Positions 50,692 to 63,759 of a stretch of 64,000 nucleotides of DNA are shown here, piece after piece. The notes beneath the pieces were generated by a model. That model was not told where the DNA came from, did no database searches, and was given only the letters and a program-made list of their open reading frames with translations. The stretch spans positions 4,588,001 to 4,652,000 of the forward strand of contig CATNEN010000002.1 in assembly GCA_950097015.1 (NCBI GenBank). The letters are read 5' to 3'. The translations under genes and the position numbers were made by a program. The DNA comes from Macrostomum hystrix (taxonomy: Eukaryota > Animalia > Platyhelminthes). Each line of letters opens with the position of its first letter. Position 1 is the stretch's first letter.

Positions 50692-53600
50692 ATGAGCAGA
50701 TATCCACCCTACAGCGGCGGCCCGTCCTCTCTTCAATCGCTCAACGAGATGTGGGCCCAGGTGAAGCAGGGCATCGATCGTATCTACAACATGGAAGGCA
50801 TCTCCAAGCCGCAGTACATGAAGATGTACACAGACATCTACAACTATTGCACCTCAGTGGATCCTTCCAGGAACTGCGCCACCCAGCCATTGGCCAAGAA
50901 GGGCAAAGGCGAGGCCCGCGGCGCCAAGGACTCGAGCGGCGGAGCCAGATTTGTTGGCGACGAGCTCTACACCAAGCTGAAGGACGATCTCAAAGCGCGA
51001 GTGGTTGAACTCAAGCGGGCCGCAGATGGCAAAGCTGGCAACGACCTGTTGGAGTACTTCTACACCCACTGGAGCCGCTTCAGAAAGTGCAGCGTGACCG
51101 TTGACGGCATCTTTAACTATCTGAATCGCAATTGGGTCAAACGCGAATGCGACGAAGGTCGAAAGAACATCTACTTTGTCTACCAGCTGGCATTGAACAC
51201 CTGGAAGGAACAGTGGCTGCGGCCACATCAGCTGCAGGTCATGCCAGCCCTTATGTCCGAGATTGAGCGGGAACGTCGTGGCGAGAATATTCTCAAGTCT
51301 GCTTATCTCAAGGTGAGAGAACTGAGGATTAAGGAATTCCGGGATTTGAAAGAATGGCTATAAAATGGCAGTGATCTGGCTGTGATGCATCAGTACGCTT
51401 AAAAACTAATATTTAAACCCTTAACTTCATATAGAACCTGGGATTGAAATCCCAGAAGATTAGCAATCCTAGATTTTATTCAATAAATAGATTTATAAAT
51501 TTATTATTAATAGATTTAAATAAATAGATTCAATAAATGGATTTTAGATTGATATCCCAAACCCAAATTGATTAGAAGCCACAGATTATTATCCACAATA
51601 GATAAGGACCTGCAGATTGATATCCCACAATAGATAAGGACCCACAGATTGAAATCCCACAATAGATAGGGACCTGCAGATTGATATCCCACAATAGATA
51701 AGGACCTGCAGATTGACATCCCACAATAGATAAGGACCTGCAGATTGACATCCCACAATAGATAAGGACCCACAGATTGATATCCCACATTAGATAAGGA
51801 CCCACAGATTGATATCCCACATTAGATAAGGACCCACAGATTGACATCCCACATTAGATAAGGACCCACAGATTGATATCCCACATTAGATAAGGACCCA
51901 CAGATTGAAATCCCACAATAGATAGGGACCTGCAGATTGATATCCCACAATAGATAAGGACCTGCAGATTGACATCCCACAATAGATAAGGACCTGCAGA
52001 TTGACATCCCACAATAGATAAGGACCCACAGATTGATATCCCACATTAGATAAGGACCCACAGATTGATATCCCACATTAGATAAGGACCCACAGATTGA
52101 CATCCCACATTAGATAAGGACCCACAGATTGACATCCCACATTAGATAAGGACTCACAGATTGATGTCCCACAATAGATAAGGACCCACAGATTGATATC
52201 CCACATTAGATAAGGACCCACAGATTGATGTCCCACAATAGATAAGGACCCACAGATTGATATCCCACATTAGATAAGGACTCACAGACGTGTCTCAAAT
52301 AGGTTAGAAATCCCACTTTAGTATCCTCATAGACATAGATTATATATAAGGGATAAAAATCCCAAATACCAAATAAATCTCAGGTTAATCATCTGATTAA
52401 TTAATCAGGTGATCATCGACTGCTATGTCGAGCTGGGCTTTGAAAGCGAAGACGGCGGCGTTTCTTCTTCGTCAATGACCGCCTCGGCTTCATCTCCAGC
52501 CACGGCTGGCAGCGGCTCCACCTCGGGCAGCCGCGGCGGCAGCAGCCGGTCTCACGGCGGCACCGGCGCCGGCAGCAAGGGCGGCCCGAGCGCGGACCGG
52601 CTGCACTTTTACGAGGAGATGTTCGAGAGGCAGTTCCTAGACGAGACTGAGCAGTTCTACCGGGTTGAGAGTCGCGACTTTCTGCAGCAGAACTCCGTGA
52701 CAGCCTACCTGGCCAAGGCTGAGCGGCGCCTGGAGGAGGAGCGGAAGCGCTGCTCAGACTATGTGCACCGCAGCACCGAGGAGAAACTGCTGGCCAGGTG
52801 CGCCTGCCCCGCCTCTGCTCTGTTTCTCCCTCCTGCTCCTATCCACTTCAACCCCGACTTCTCCCTCTCTCCTTCCCGTCGCTTCTCCTCTTCCATTCTC
52901 TCCTCTCCCCCTTTCTCTCCTCTCCTCATCTCTCCTCTTCCCTCCTCTCTTTGGGAAATATCCCAAAATTTGCTCCTAGTCCTCATCTAGCCAAGGTCTG
53001 TCTGGTCTAGTTTCTATTGTTTGCGACCTATTTACGATTACGTGTACATTCCCGCAGCGATTCATCAGCCACTGGAGTGTACTTTTAAATATTGGATTTT
53101 ATGTAAAACATGAAATAATAAAATTGTTTTAGATCGCACAAAATGTCAGAATAAATTATTACGACCATAATTTAATGATGAAAATTGCTAAATACTGTTT
53201 AAAATTTTATAATGACCTTTCTAAAACACCTTTAAATGTTTTGGGATAAGGACAAAAACCAATGTATTTGAGGGCCGATTCCCAAGGCACAGTGAGAGTG
53301 TACACTGCTTGACCATGAGAAAGTTAGGGCAGTACACACAAGGTGTTGTACACACCTTGTGTGAGCGTGTGTGCTCAGGAGTCAGCGGAATAGGCAGAAC
53401 TGCCTCCTCGCTGGCTGCGGGTCTAGTGTCGCCAAATGATGCGCCATTTCCCACTGACCTCCTGCAATTAGTTGATAACAAAAATGAGGAGCAATGAGCC
53501 ATGTCCGATGTCAATCCCGAATCCTCACACGGCAGGTGCATGGACGCACTGCTGGCCGCCCACCTGTCAGTGTTCTGGCAGGAGTTTCCCGCACTGTTAG

Positions 53601-56600
53601 ACGCTGATCGGGAGCAGGACCTCGGCCGCATGTACCGCTTGTGCAGTCACGTGCAGCAGCCTCAGTCGCATCGTCTAGACGCAGGCAGCGGCGGCCAGGA
53701 CTCGCTGCCAGTCAACGGTCTGGATCGGCTTGTCGAACTGTTCGAGCAGTACGTGGCCGAGCGCGGCCTCGAGGCCGTGAAGTCAGTGTCCGCCGCTGTG
53801 CTGAGCGCCGATGGTCAGGACGCCAAGCTGTACGTAGACACCATCCTTAGCGTGCACCGCAAGTACTACAATCTGGTGCTGCAGGCATTCAGTAATAATC
53901 GCAGATTTGTTGAAGCTCTGGACAAGGCCTGCATGAAGTTTATCAATAGGAATGAGCTTACTCGATTGGCTAAGAATAATCAGAAAACACCCGAGCTGCT
54001 GGCCAGGTATTCTGATGCCCTACTTAAGAAGGGCTCTAAGGTGAGTTAAAGTTAATAAATACTCTACTCAACTTTTTTGCAACTCTTAAGACTTGCCAAG
54101 TTGAAAAAAAGTACAGACCAGATCGAACTGATATCTAGCAACCTGATATCCCATCTAGCAACCTGATATCCCATCTAGCAACCTGATGTCTCATCTAGCA
54201 ACCTGATATCCCATCTAGCAACCTGATATCCCATCTAGCAACCTGATATCCCATCTAGCAACCTGATGTCCCATCTAGCAACCTGATATCCCATCTAGCA
54301 ACCTGATATCCCATCTTTCAATCCTAAATCTTATCCACTAACCCGAAATCAGATCCATCAAACCAAAGTCCCATCTATTCTGCATATTTCCGATTCCTGT
54401 ACTAAACTCTAAACCCAATTTGCTCGTGAATTTATCTCAGGACAATGTCGTCGGCGACGAGCTAGAAGACACCCTGACTCATGTCATGACAGTGTTTAAG
54501 TACATCGACGACAAGGACGTCTTCCAAAAGTTTTATTCTCGATTCCTCTCCCGCCGACTTGTGTACAACCAGTCCGTGTCTGAGGATGTGGAATCGTCAA
54601 TGATATCCAAGCTGAAGGAGAACTGCGGCTTCGATTACACCACTAAGCTGCAGCGAATGTTTCACGATATTGGCGCCTCCAGGGAGCTCAACACCCGCTT
54701 CCAGGACTTCGTGGTCAGGGATGGGGCCAATCTGGGATTGGACTTCGAGATCAAAGTCCTGTCCAGCAATGCCTGGCCTATCCACATCTCACAAGGCTCT
54801 GGTGTCACTATTCCTAGTGAGGTGCGTTGTCACTGATATCTGATCATCGGATAAGATTGATTTAATCCATGCTCCTCAGTTTAAGATTCTTTTAATCCCT
54901 TCACATCAGATTGGGATTTTCAAATCCTTACTACTCACATTAGGATTACTTTAATCCCTAATCTTCAGATTTGGATTCTTTTAAATTCATTCGCCTCATA
55001 TTTTGATTTTTTAAATCTTTGATCCTCTGGTTTTGGATTGTTTTAACCCCTACTCCACTCCTCTGATTGGGATTTGTTTGATCCCTACTTCTCAGATTGG
55101 GATTTGTTGGATCATTACTTCTCAGATTGGGATTTGTTTGATCCCCACTCCTCAGATTGGGATTTGTTTGATCCCCACTCCTCAGATTGGGATTTGTTAG
55201 ATCCCTACTTCTCAGATTGGGATTTGTTTGATCCCTACTTCTCAGATTGGGATTTGTTTGATCCCTACTTCTCAGATTGGGATTTGTTTGATCCCTACTT
55301 CTCAGATTGGGATTTGTTTGATCCCTACTTCTCAGATTGGGATTTGTTTGATCCATACGCCTCAGATAGGGATTTGTTTGATCCCTACTTCTCAGATTGG
55401 GATTTGTTTGATCCCTACTTCTCAGATTGGGATTTGTTAGATCCCTACTTCTCAGATTGGGATTTGTTTGATCCCTACTCCTCAGATTGGGATTTGTTTG
55501 ATCCCTACGCCTCAGATTGGGATTTGTTTGATCCCTACTTCTCAGATTGGGATTTGTTTGATCCATACGCCTCAGATTGGGATTTGTTTGATCCCTACTT
55601 CTCAGATTGGGATTTGTTTGATCCCTACTCCTCAGATTGGGATTTGTTTGATCCCTACGCCTCAGATTGGGATTTGTTTGATCCCTACTCCTCAGATTGG
55701 GATTTGTTTGATCCATACGCCTCAGATTGGGATTTGTTTGATCCCTACTTCTCAGATTGGGATTTGTTTGATCCCTACTTCTCAGATTGGGATTTGTTTG
55801 ATCCCTACTTCTCAGATTGGGATTTGTTGGATCATTACTTCTCAGATTGGGATTTGTTTGATCCCCACTCCTCAGATTGGGATTTGTTTGATCCCCACTC
55901 CTCAGATTGGGATTTGTTAGATCCCTACTTCTCAGATTGGGATTTGTTTGATCCCTACTTCTCAGATTGGGATTTGTTTGATCCCTACTTCTCAGATTGG
56001 GATTTGTTTGATCCCTACTTCTCAGATTGGGATTTGTTTGATCCCTACTTCTCAGATTGGGATTTGTTTGATCCATACGCCTCAGATAGGGATTTGTTTG
56101 ATCCCTACTTCTCAGATTGGGATTTGTTTGATCCCTACTTCTCAGATTGGGATTTGTTAGATCCCTACTTCTCAGATTGGGATTTGTTTGATCCCTACTC
56201 CTCAGATTGGGATTTGTTTGATCCCTACGCCTCAGATTGGGATTTGTTTGATCCCTACTTCTCAGATTGGGATTTGTTTGATCCATACGCCTCAGATTGG
56301 GATTTGTTTGATCCCTACTTCTCAGATTGGGATTTGTTTGATCCCTACTCCTCAGATTGGGATTTGTTTGATCCCTACGCCTCAGATTGGGATTTGTTTG
56401 ATCCCTACTCCTCAGATTGGGATTTGTTTGATCCATACGCCTCAGATTGGGATTTGTTTGATCCCTACTTCTCAGATTGGGATTTGTTTGATCCCTACTC
56501 CTCAGATTGGGATTTGTTTGATCCCTACTCCTCAGATTGGGATTTGTTTGATCCCTACTCCTCAGATTAGGATTTGTTTGATCCATACGCCTCAGATTGG

Positions 56601-59600
56601 GATTTGTTTGATCCCTACTTCTCAGATTGGGATTTGTTTGATCCTACTCCTCAGATTGGGATTTGTTTGATCCCTACTCCTCAGATAGGGATTTGTTTGA
56701 TCCCTACTCCTCAGTTAGGTTCTTGTTTAAAACCATATCCCTCGATTGAGATTAATTTAATCCTATATTCTAAGATTGGAAGTATTTTAATTGCCCCCGT
56801 TGGGATTGGTTTTATCATCCCACTGCCCTGAGCTAGGAATTTTCCCAAACCCTTATTCTTATTTAGAGTGGAGTCAATAAAACTTGTCAATACTGTTATC
56901 AGTTGTTTTCCTTTGTTATTGCAACTTTCAGCTGGAGAGATGCTACACCGCGTTTGATCGCTTCTATAAAAAGACTCACGAGGGTCGCAAACTGCAGTAC
57001 TCGTACAATTTCTGTCGCGGCGAGCTCATCACACACTTCACTAAGAATCGGTACACTTTGCAGGTGAGAACTGGTTTCATTCATTCATTCTGAGCCCTGA
57101 AGAATTTAAGGTAAGACCTGAAGCCCTGAAATACATCGGAACAATATCTGAGGCCTAAACTGCGAAAACATTAAATAATACATAATCCGAAAACTACCTT
57201 TGAGTTGTTCCTGAATCCCTTAATAACCTTGCGGTAATAGATGAAACCCTGAATAACCATAGAGTCACACCTGAAGTCCTGAATATCCTTGGTGGTAATA
57301 TTCGAAGTCAAGAATATGCTTGGAGTAATACCCGAAGCCCTGAATATCTTTTGGGTAATTACTGAGACCCTAATCATTTTTGGTGTAATTCCTGAAGCCC
57401 TAATCGTTTTAGTGTAATACCTGAAGCCCTAATCATTTTTGGTGTAATACCTGAAGCCCTAATCATTTTAGTGTAATACCTGAAGCCCTAATTATTTTTG
57501 GTGTAATACCTGAAGCCCTAATCATTTTTGGTGTAATACCTGAAGCCCTAATCATTTTTGGTGTAATACCTGAAGCCCTAATCATTTTTGGTGTAATACC
57601 TGAAGCCCTAATCATTTTAGTGTAATACCTGAAGCCCTAATCATTTTTAGTGTAATACCTGAAGCCCTAATCATTTTAGTGTAATACCTGAAGCCCTAAT
57701 CATTTTTAGTGTAATACCTGAAGCCCTAATCATTTTAGTGTAATACCTGAAGCCCTAATCATTTTAGTGTAATACCTGAAGCCCTAATCATTTTTAGTGT
57801 AATACCTGAAGCCCTAATCATTTTAGTGTAATACCTGAAGCCCTAATCATTTTAGTGTAATACCTGAAGCCCTAATCATTTTTGGTGTAATACCTGAAGC
57901 CCTAATCATTTTTAGTGTAATATACCTGATGCCCTAATCATTTTAGTGCAATATACCTGAAGCCCTAATCATTTTAGTGTAATACCTGAAGCCCTAATCA
58001 TTTTTGGTGTAATACCTGAAGCCCTAATCATTTTTAGTGTAATATACCTGATGCCCTAATCATTTTAGTGTAATATACCTGATGCCCTAATCATTTTAGT
58101 GCAATATACCTGAAGCACTGAATATCCTTTTGAAAATACCTAAATAAGCCGAGGAGTAGTTCCTGATGCCCTAATTCGCTTTTTGCAGAAAATCCCAAGC
58201 TGGAAATGATCCTCATTAATCACTTCAGTTCAGTGGAACCATTAAAAACGTAAGAAATCAATAAAGCTATGCAATAGCCTTGCTTTACCTTTGTTGCCAG
58301 GTGTCCACCTACCAGATCGCGGTGCTGATGATGTTTAACACTGAGACTAGCTACACTGTGCAAGAAATCTCCAACACAACCGGCATCGAGCCCCAGGTGC
58401 TCCAACAGGTGCTAGCAATCCTAGTCAAAGCCAAACTGCTCGTCCCGGGGTCTGCGCCGGGCGAATCGCCCGAAGAAGCCGCGGCCTCGGCTGACGCCCC
58501 AACAGAGCTGGCAATGAGCGACAGGCTGACACTGAATGTGGAGTTCAAGAACAAACGACTGCGACTCAACCTGAACTCGCAGCTCAAGTGCGAGAGCAAG
58601 CAGGAGCAAGAGCAGACTAGCCGGCTGGTTGAGGAGGATCGCTCATACATGATACAGGCCTGTCTGGTGCGGGTCATGAAGACGCGGAAAGAGATGAAGC
58701 ATCAGAAACTGGTGGCCGAGGTCATCTCCCAGTTGAGCCAGTTCAAACCCAGCGTGCAGCAGATTAAGGTGAGCCGCGGTGTTTATGAGAGTTTGTGAGA
58801 TTGAGTCATTGATTGGATCTGTTCATAGATAGGATCGGGTCATTAATAGGATTTTTATGTCATTGATAGGATTGGGTCATTGATATAATTAGGTCATTGA
58901 TGTAATAAGATCATCGATATCATTGATATATGATTAGGTCATTGATAGAATTAGGTCATTGATAGGATTAGGTCATTGATAGGATTAGGTCATTGATAGG
59001 ATTAGGTCATTGATAGGATTAGGTCATTGATAGGATTAGGTCATTGATAGGATTAGGTAATTGATAGGATTAGGTAATTAATAGGATTAGGTCATTGATA
59101 TGATGAGGTCATTGATGTAATAAGGTCAGCGATATCATTGATATATGATTGGGTCATTGAATTAATTAGGTCATTGATAGAATTAGGTCATTGATAGGAT
59201 TAGGTCATTGATGTAATAAGGTCAGCGACATCATTGATATATGATTGGGTCATTAAATTAATTAGGTCATTGATAGAATTAGGTCATTGACAGGATTAGG
59301 TCATTGATAGGATTAGGTCATTGATAGGATTAGGTCATTGATAGGATTAGGTCATTGATAGGATTAGGTCATTGATAGGATTAGGTCATTGATAGGATTA
59401 GGTAATTAATAGGATTAGGTCATTGATATGATGAGGTCATTGATGTAATAAGGTCAGCGATATCATTGATATATGATTGGGTCATTGAATTAATTAGGTC
59501 ATTGATAGAATTAGGTCATTGATAGGATTAGGTCATTGATGTAATAAGGTCAGCGACATCATTGATATATGATTGGGTCATTAAATTAATTAGGTCATTG

Positions 59601-59987
59601 ATAGAATTAGGTCATTGACAGGATTAGGTAATTGATAGGACTAGGTAATTAATAGGATTAGGTCATTGACAGGATTAGGTCATTGATAGGATTAGGTCAT
59701 TGATAGGATTAGGTCATTGATAGGATTAGGTCATTAATAGGATTAGGTCATTGACAGGATTTTTATGTCATCGATATGATTCGGTCATTGATAGTATCGG
59801 GTCATTGATATGATTAGGTAGGACTGTATTTTAGGACTGCTCTGTAAGATCACAGAGCACTAACATTATCACAGACTACAGCAGCCATTTGTGAATGACT
59901 TTGCAGAAGAACATCGACACCCTGATTGAGAAGGAGTACCTGCAGAGGAAGTCTGGCGAGCGTGACAAATACGAGTACCTGGCTTAA
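50692..59987 (+). CDS. CUL1: Cullin-1, 7 exons
   Basis: Exons 50692-51312, 52409-52797, 53536-54040, 54441-54821, 56932-57063, 58301-58768, 59907-59987. Motifs YMKMYTDIYNYC, IFNYLNRNWVKRE, YEEMFERQFL, PELLARYSDALLKKG, FKYIDDKDVFQKFY, YTTKLQRMFHD, neddylation motif LVRVMKTRK, LIEKEYL..YEYLA*. Confidence 0.95.
51570..52290. repeat. 32-bp minisatellite (GATAAGGACCCACAGATTGATATCCCACATTA)n in CUL1 intron 1
   Basis: About 22 units; variant blocks recur at 256 bp. Confidence 0.93.
54128..54320. repeat. 20-bp minisatellite (ATCCCATCTAGCAACCTGAT)n in CUL1 intron 3
   Basis: About 9 units. Confidence 0.9.
55060..56720. repeat. 30-bp minisatellite (GATTTGTTTGATCCCTACTTCTCAGATTGG)n in CUL1 intron 4
   Basis: About 55 units; 720-bp higher-order duplication. 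Confidence 0.97.
57325..58120. repeat. 29-31-bp minisatellite (GTGTAATACCTGAAGCCCTAATCATTTTA)n in CUL1 intron 5
   Basis: About 26 units. Confidence 0.94.
58805..59820. repeat. 17-bp minisatellite (GATAGGATTAGGTCATT)n in CUL1 intron 6
   Basis: Tandem array with a duplicated variant block about 328 bp apart. Confidence 0.93.
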
Positions 59988-61189
59988 GGCGGTTGTCACC
60001 GCACCTGCGGCCTTGAGCAATGCACTATTAAATGAAAACTAACGTTTTTCGTTGCATTGCTGAATGCTTTGTGACCCTCATCTTGATTTCTTAGCTACCC
60101 GTTCCCAGTTCTCCTCTCATCTCCCCGACTAGGAGCTAAAGATTTATAAAACAACTGTGAAATGGTCGCTTGAATGAACAAGCTGTCAATCTACCTGTAC
60201 TGTGTCTGTACCTGTCCCTGCCGTTTGTCGCCTCAATCCTCTGATGGATTGGTTATCGCAGAAAAAATCATCGCAGACTATATTTGTCAAAATCCCATTC
60301 ACCAATCAATCTTTCATATCCAATATAAAACAGCATTGTTTGCTTGGCTAAGCTCGGAAGGTTCAGGCTGGAGGAACAAGACTTTAATCCCAGGCTGACA
60401 AACCCATATCGGATAATTTGCTTTCGTCTCATCTTTTTGTGAAACAATTGCGTCTAATGTATAGAAGTTCCACTGCATGGATGTATTTTTGACCGATTAA
60501 CTTGTTATCCCAGTACTGCTAGTAGCTGAGTGTGGTCGTTTCGACCATAAAACGTGTTCTATCGCCTAAAAAAAGTTTTTTTTCTGTAAATTTACGTTCG
60601 ACTCATCCGATTATCCAGGTGTTTCTATTTCTATTCTTGGTTTTTTTGTGCTGGCAAAGTTTTCAAAATTTTGCGTTAATTAATCAATTTTTGTGTTTTT
60701 TTTATAAAAGCTGTACTATTTCGGATCATAGCGCTTGTTAAACCTACTTAATAAGTAGCTGTGAAATGCTTTTTTTAAGTTGGCTAGAATATTATTTGAA
60801 AATGCACAGCAATCTATGAAAGCATGTTCGCTAAAAAACTGCCAATCTTTTAATCCCGCCTTTTCGATCAGAAACCCAGCACACTTGCTTACCGTTGCTA
60901 AGAGTATTTACTGCCGTCACTAACCTACCCTTATCCTTTGTATGCCGCTTCTCATTGCTGTCAGTAAGGCAGTATTGCGTATTCCTAATACCTGGGAAGA
61001 ACTTCAACCCTGAAGATATAAATAATAATTAATCCGTTTTTTCTCGGTAACACCTGCCGTCAAGATAATTAACTGCTGTTCTGTTGTAGGTCTGTGTTGG
61101 TTTCAGTTAAATGGCTACCTTAGATTTAATTTATTATTTGTTTGTTTATCATCAAACAGTCACCAGCAAGAGCTACAGCCACCCCTACA

Positions 61190-61375
61190 TCCACCCTAAT
61201 GTACATTCACCCCCGCCAACCCCCAAATCTACCCCAATGTACATTCACTTTCCGCCAACCCCTTTATTCACCTCAATGTACAATCACTTATCGCCAACCC
61301 CCAAATCCAGCCTAATGTACATTCACTCCCCACAGACCCCTTTATCCACCCCAATGTACATTCATTCCCTACAGC
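61190..61375. repeat. Degenerate ~39-bp tandem repeat (AATGTACATTCAC...CCAACCCC)
   Basis: About 5 units. Confidence 0.7.
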
Positions 61376-62129
61376 CAATCCGCTGTGTATATCAGCCCAT
61401 CCCAAAATCTTAGAAAGTAAGCTGCTCAACTAATGTGCACTCAACTAAGTTTTATATAATAAAACTAAAAAGTACACTGGGATATTTTAAGGCCAGTTTT
61501 GACAGTTGGAAAATTTGCGCATTGGTAGCAATATATCTATGGTTCTAAATGCTGTCCGCTAAAGTTTTTGTCAGCTTTGGTTGGCAACCAAGCCTGTTCC
61601 CTTGGCAGTTTTAGCGCGCTGCTAGTGTAAGAATGGCGCACCAAATATACAGTGCTTAAATAAATAAATATATCTATATTTATGAATAATTGCAGAGACA
61701 GACTAACATAAGCGCGCTCTAACAAGTCGCTAAGAGTGTGCCTATAATGTTAGTTTTGTTACTTACCAATCCGATTTTTTTTCTTTTTGTTAACTTTTTA
61801 ATAATATAAAGTCACAAAAGTCCAAGCAATTTAGGCTTCATGGCTGAAAAATGGCCATTTCAAAACAAATCTTAAAAAAAAACAAATACGAGCTTTGAGA
61901 ATAATTTATTTTAGAATTAGAGCATCAGAAAAATTCTAGCAATCAAAAATTCGTTTTGAACAACAAGACAACAAGGCAATGCCAACAGAACTCAGAAAAG
62001 CGGGATAACCAGATGAAATGCTAAAATAAAAGCAGCACAAATATAAGATTTCCGAAGAAAATTCGCTACTTTCTACTGAAGAACCACATTAAGTAGTGTA
62101 GTTGGGATTTTACTAGAACATATTGAGCT

Positions 62130-63622
62130 TCAATTGAAAGCCAGGTCTTCGCCGCATCGGGTGCGCACCCGCAGTGGCACGGAGAGCCCGACCCGCTGGG
62201 CCAGGTCCTCCATGACTCGGCCGAACTCCTGGCCGGCTCTGTCCGCCTCAGATTCGGCCACGTCCCACACCAGCTCGTCGTGCAGGTGCAGCACCAGGCG
62301 GGCGTCCCGCAGGCTGGGCTGCTCGCGAGCCGCCTCCCAGCAGCGCAGCATCGCCAGTTTGCACAGATCGGCTGCGCTGCCCTGCACAATGGACCCATTA
62401 AGAGTCAGCTCATATAATTAGCCAGGAATTCTAGGAAACCGTTTATGAGCAGTTTTTTTACAGTAGGACTACCAAGCCATTGCCGCCCGTCTTTATACCA
62501 AGGGGGAATTCCCTTCAGAATTTTTTTGCAGCGTCTGAATGCTAGCAGCGTTTTGTGGCACGTGGTTGACAGACTTGGCGAGGGTGTCCTGTGGTTGAGC
62601 TGCGCCTAATATTTAGGCTTGATCTGTGAAATTGGGAGAAATTCGCGTCAGGGACAGGGTGTCCATAGTGGTCTAGTTCCACCTGAATTGTAGTCCTTGA
62701 AGGTCCAGGAGTCCGTCTAGACTCTAGATAAATGTAGGTGACCACCACAGACGAAGATCATGCAGGCACATTCGCGTGACACGCAGCTACAAAAAGTTGC
62801 GCATGTTCTTGAGTTTCACACGCAATTCGTGTGCTTGATTTGCTCCGTTAGGTTGCAGCACACAACACTGTCAGGGGGTGGGGAGAAATCCCCTCTTGGT
62901 AGTTCTACTGTTAAAAGCGAAACTTTGATTGTCGATTGTTCAGCGCAGGTGAAAAGAGGTTCCTGGTTGAGAACACGCAAGAACGCAGCGCGCCTCACCT
63001 GAATAGTAAAGTTGACCGCCTGTCGCTGCGCCCTCGCCCTAATGGACGGCGAAGAACTATCCATGCCGGCAAAGCAGCGCCGTCGGCCCATCACGGTCGA
63101 GACGCTGCTGTCGCCGGAGTTGGCGGCCTGGCGAGCTACGCGACGAAAATATTCGAAAGGCGTCGGCCAGCTACGCTGCAGGGCTTCGTACATCCGCTTG
63201 ACCTAGAATTAGCCGGATGTCGAGTGCAAATCGGTTAGCAAAAGTACGACTGTGTGCTCCCCAGTTCATCAGGCCTTCTCACCTGACCAATGCTAACAGC
63301 CGATGACAGAATCTCAGTCAGCTTCTGTTGGCAAGCGCCGTACATGGTCGCGTACACCAGCCTCTTTGTGACGTCACGATCAGCCGCGGTGACCTCCGCA
63401 GCTTCACCGTCGGCCGACTTGTCCAGACACACCCTGGCCAGGTCTACAAACACATCGGCATCGGCTGAGAAGGCCGCCTTCAATCGCGCATCGTCTGTTA
63501 GGTGGGCGAAGATGCGTAGCTCCACGTGCCGATAGTCTATGGCCAAGAGTCTGCGGCCGGGGCCAGCCGGAAAGCAAGCTCTGACGCTGTAGCGATCGCT
63601 GTCAGTGGCATCCTCGCACTGC
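62130..63622 (-). CDS. POLN: Family-A DNA polymerase nu, last three exons (5' part beyond window end)
   Basis: Exons 63622-63283, 63202-62999, 62381-62130. Motif A LAIDYRHVELRIFAHL, motif B ADRDVTKRLVYATMYGA, then GRRR..AQRQAVNFTIQGSAADLCKLAM and motif C HDEL. These fit POLN better than POLQ as I recall the two. Confidence 0.82.
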
Positions 63623-63759
63623 CTGTAAATTGTACCAAACACTTGGCGATGACAAGCGGCTTTTTGAAGTGGCATCAAAGACTCAAACGCTTCAATCTTT
63701 AAATTGATTCTCAACGCTCCTCAAACCACTCAAGCGCATCTGTAAAGACTAAGAGAAGT

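Noticed and set aside
54958-56586. 542-aa DQTNPNLRSR and 498-aa DWDLFDPY repeat proteins
   Set aside because: A 30-bp array inside CUL1 intron 4; the flanking exons join in phase 0.
62130-63714. Bacterial DNA polymerase I, horizontal transfer or contamination
   Set aside because: Interrupted by spliceosomal introns, and the motifs fit animal POLN.
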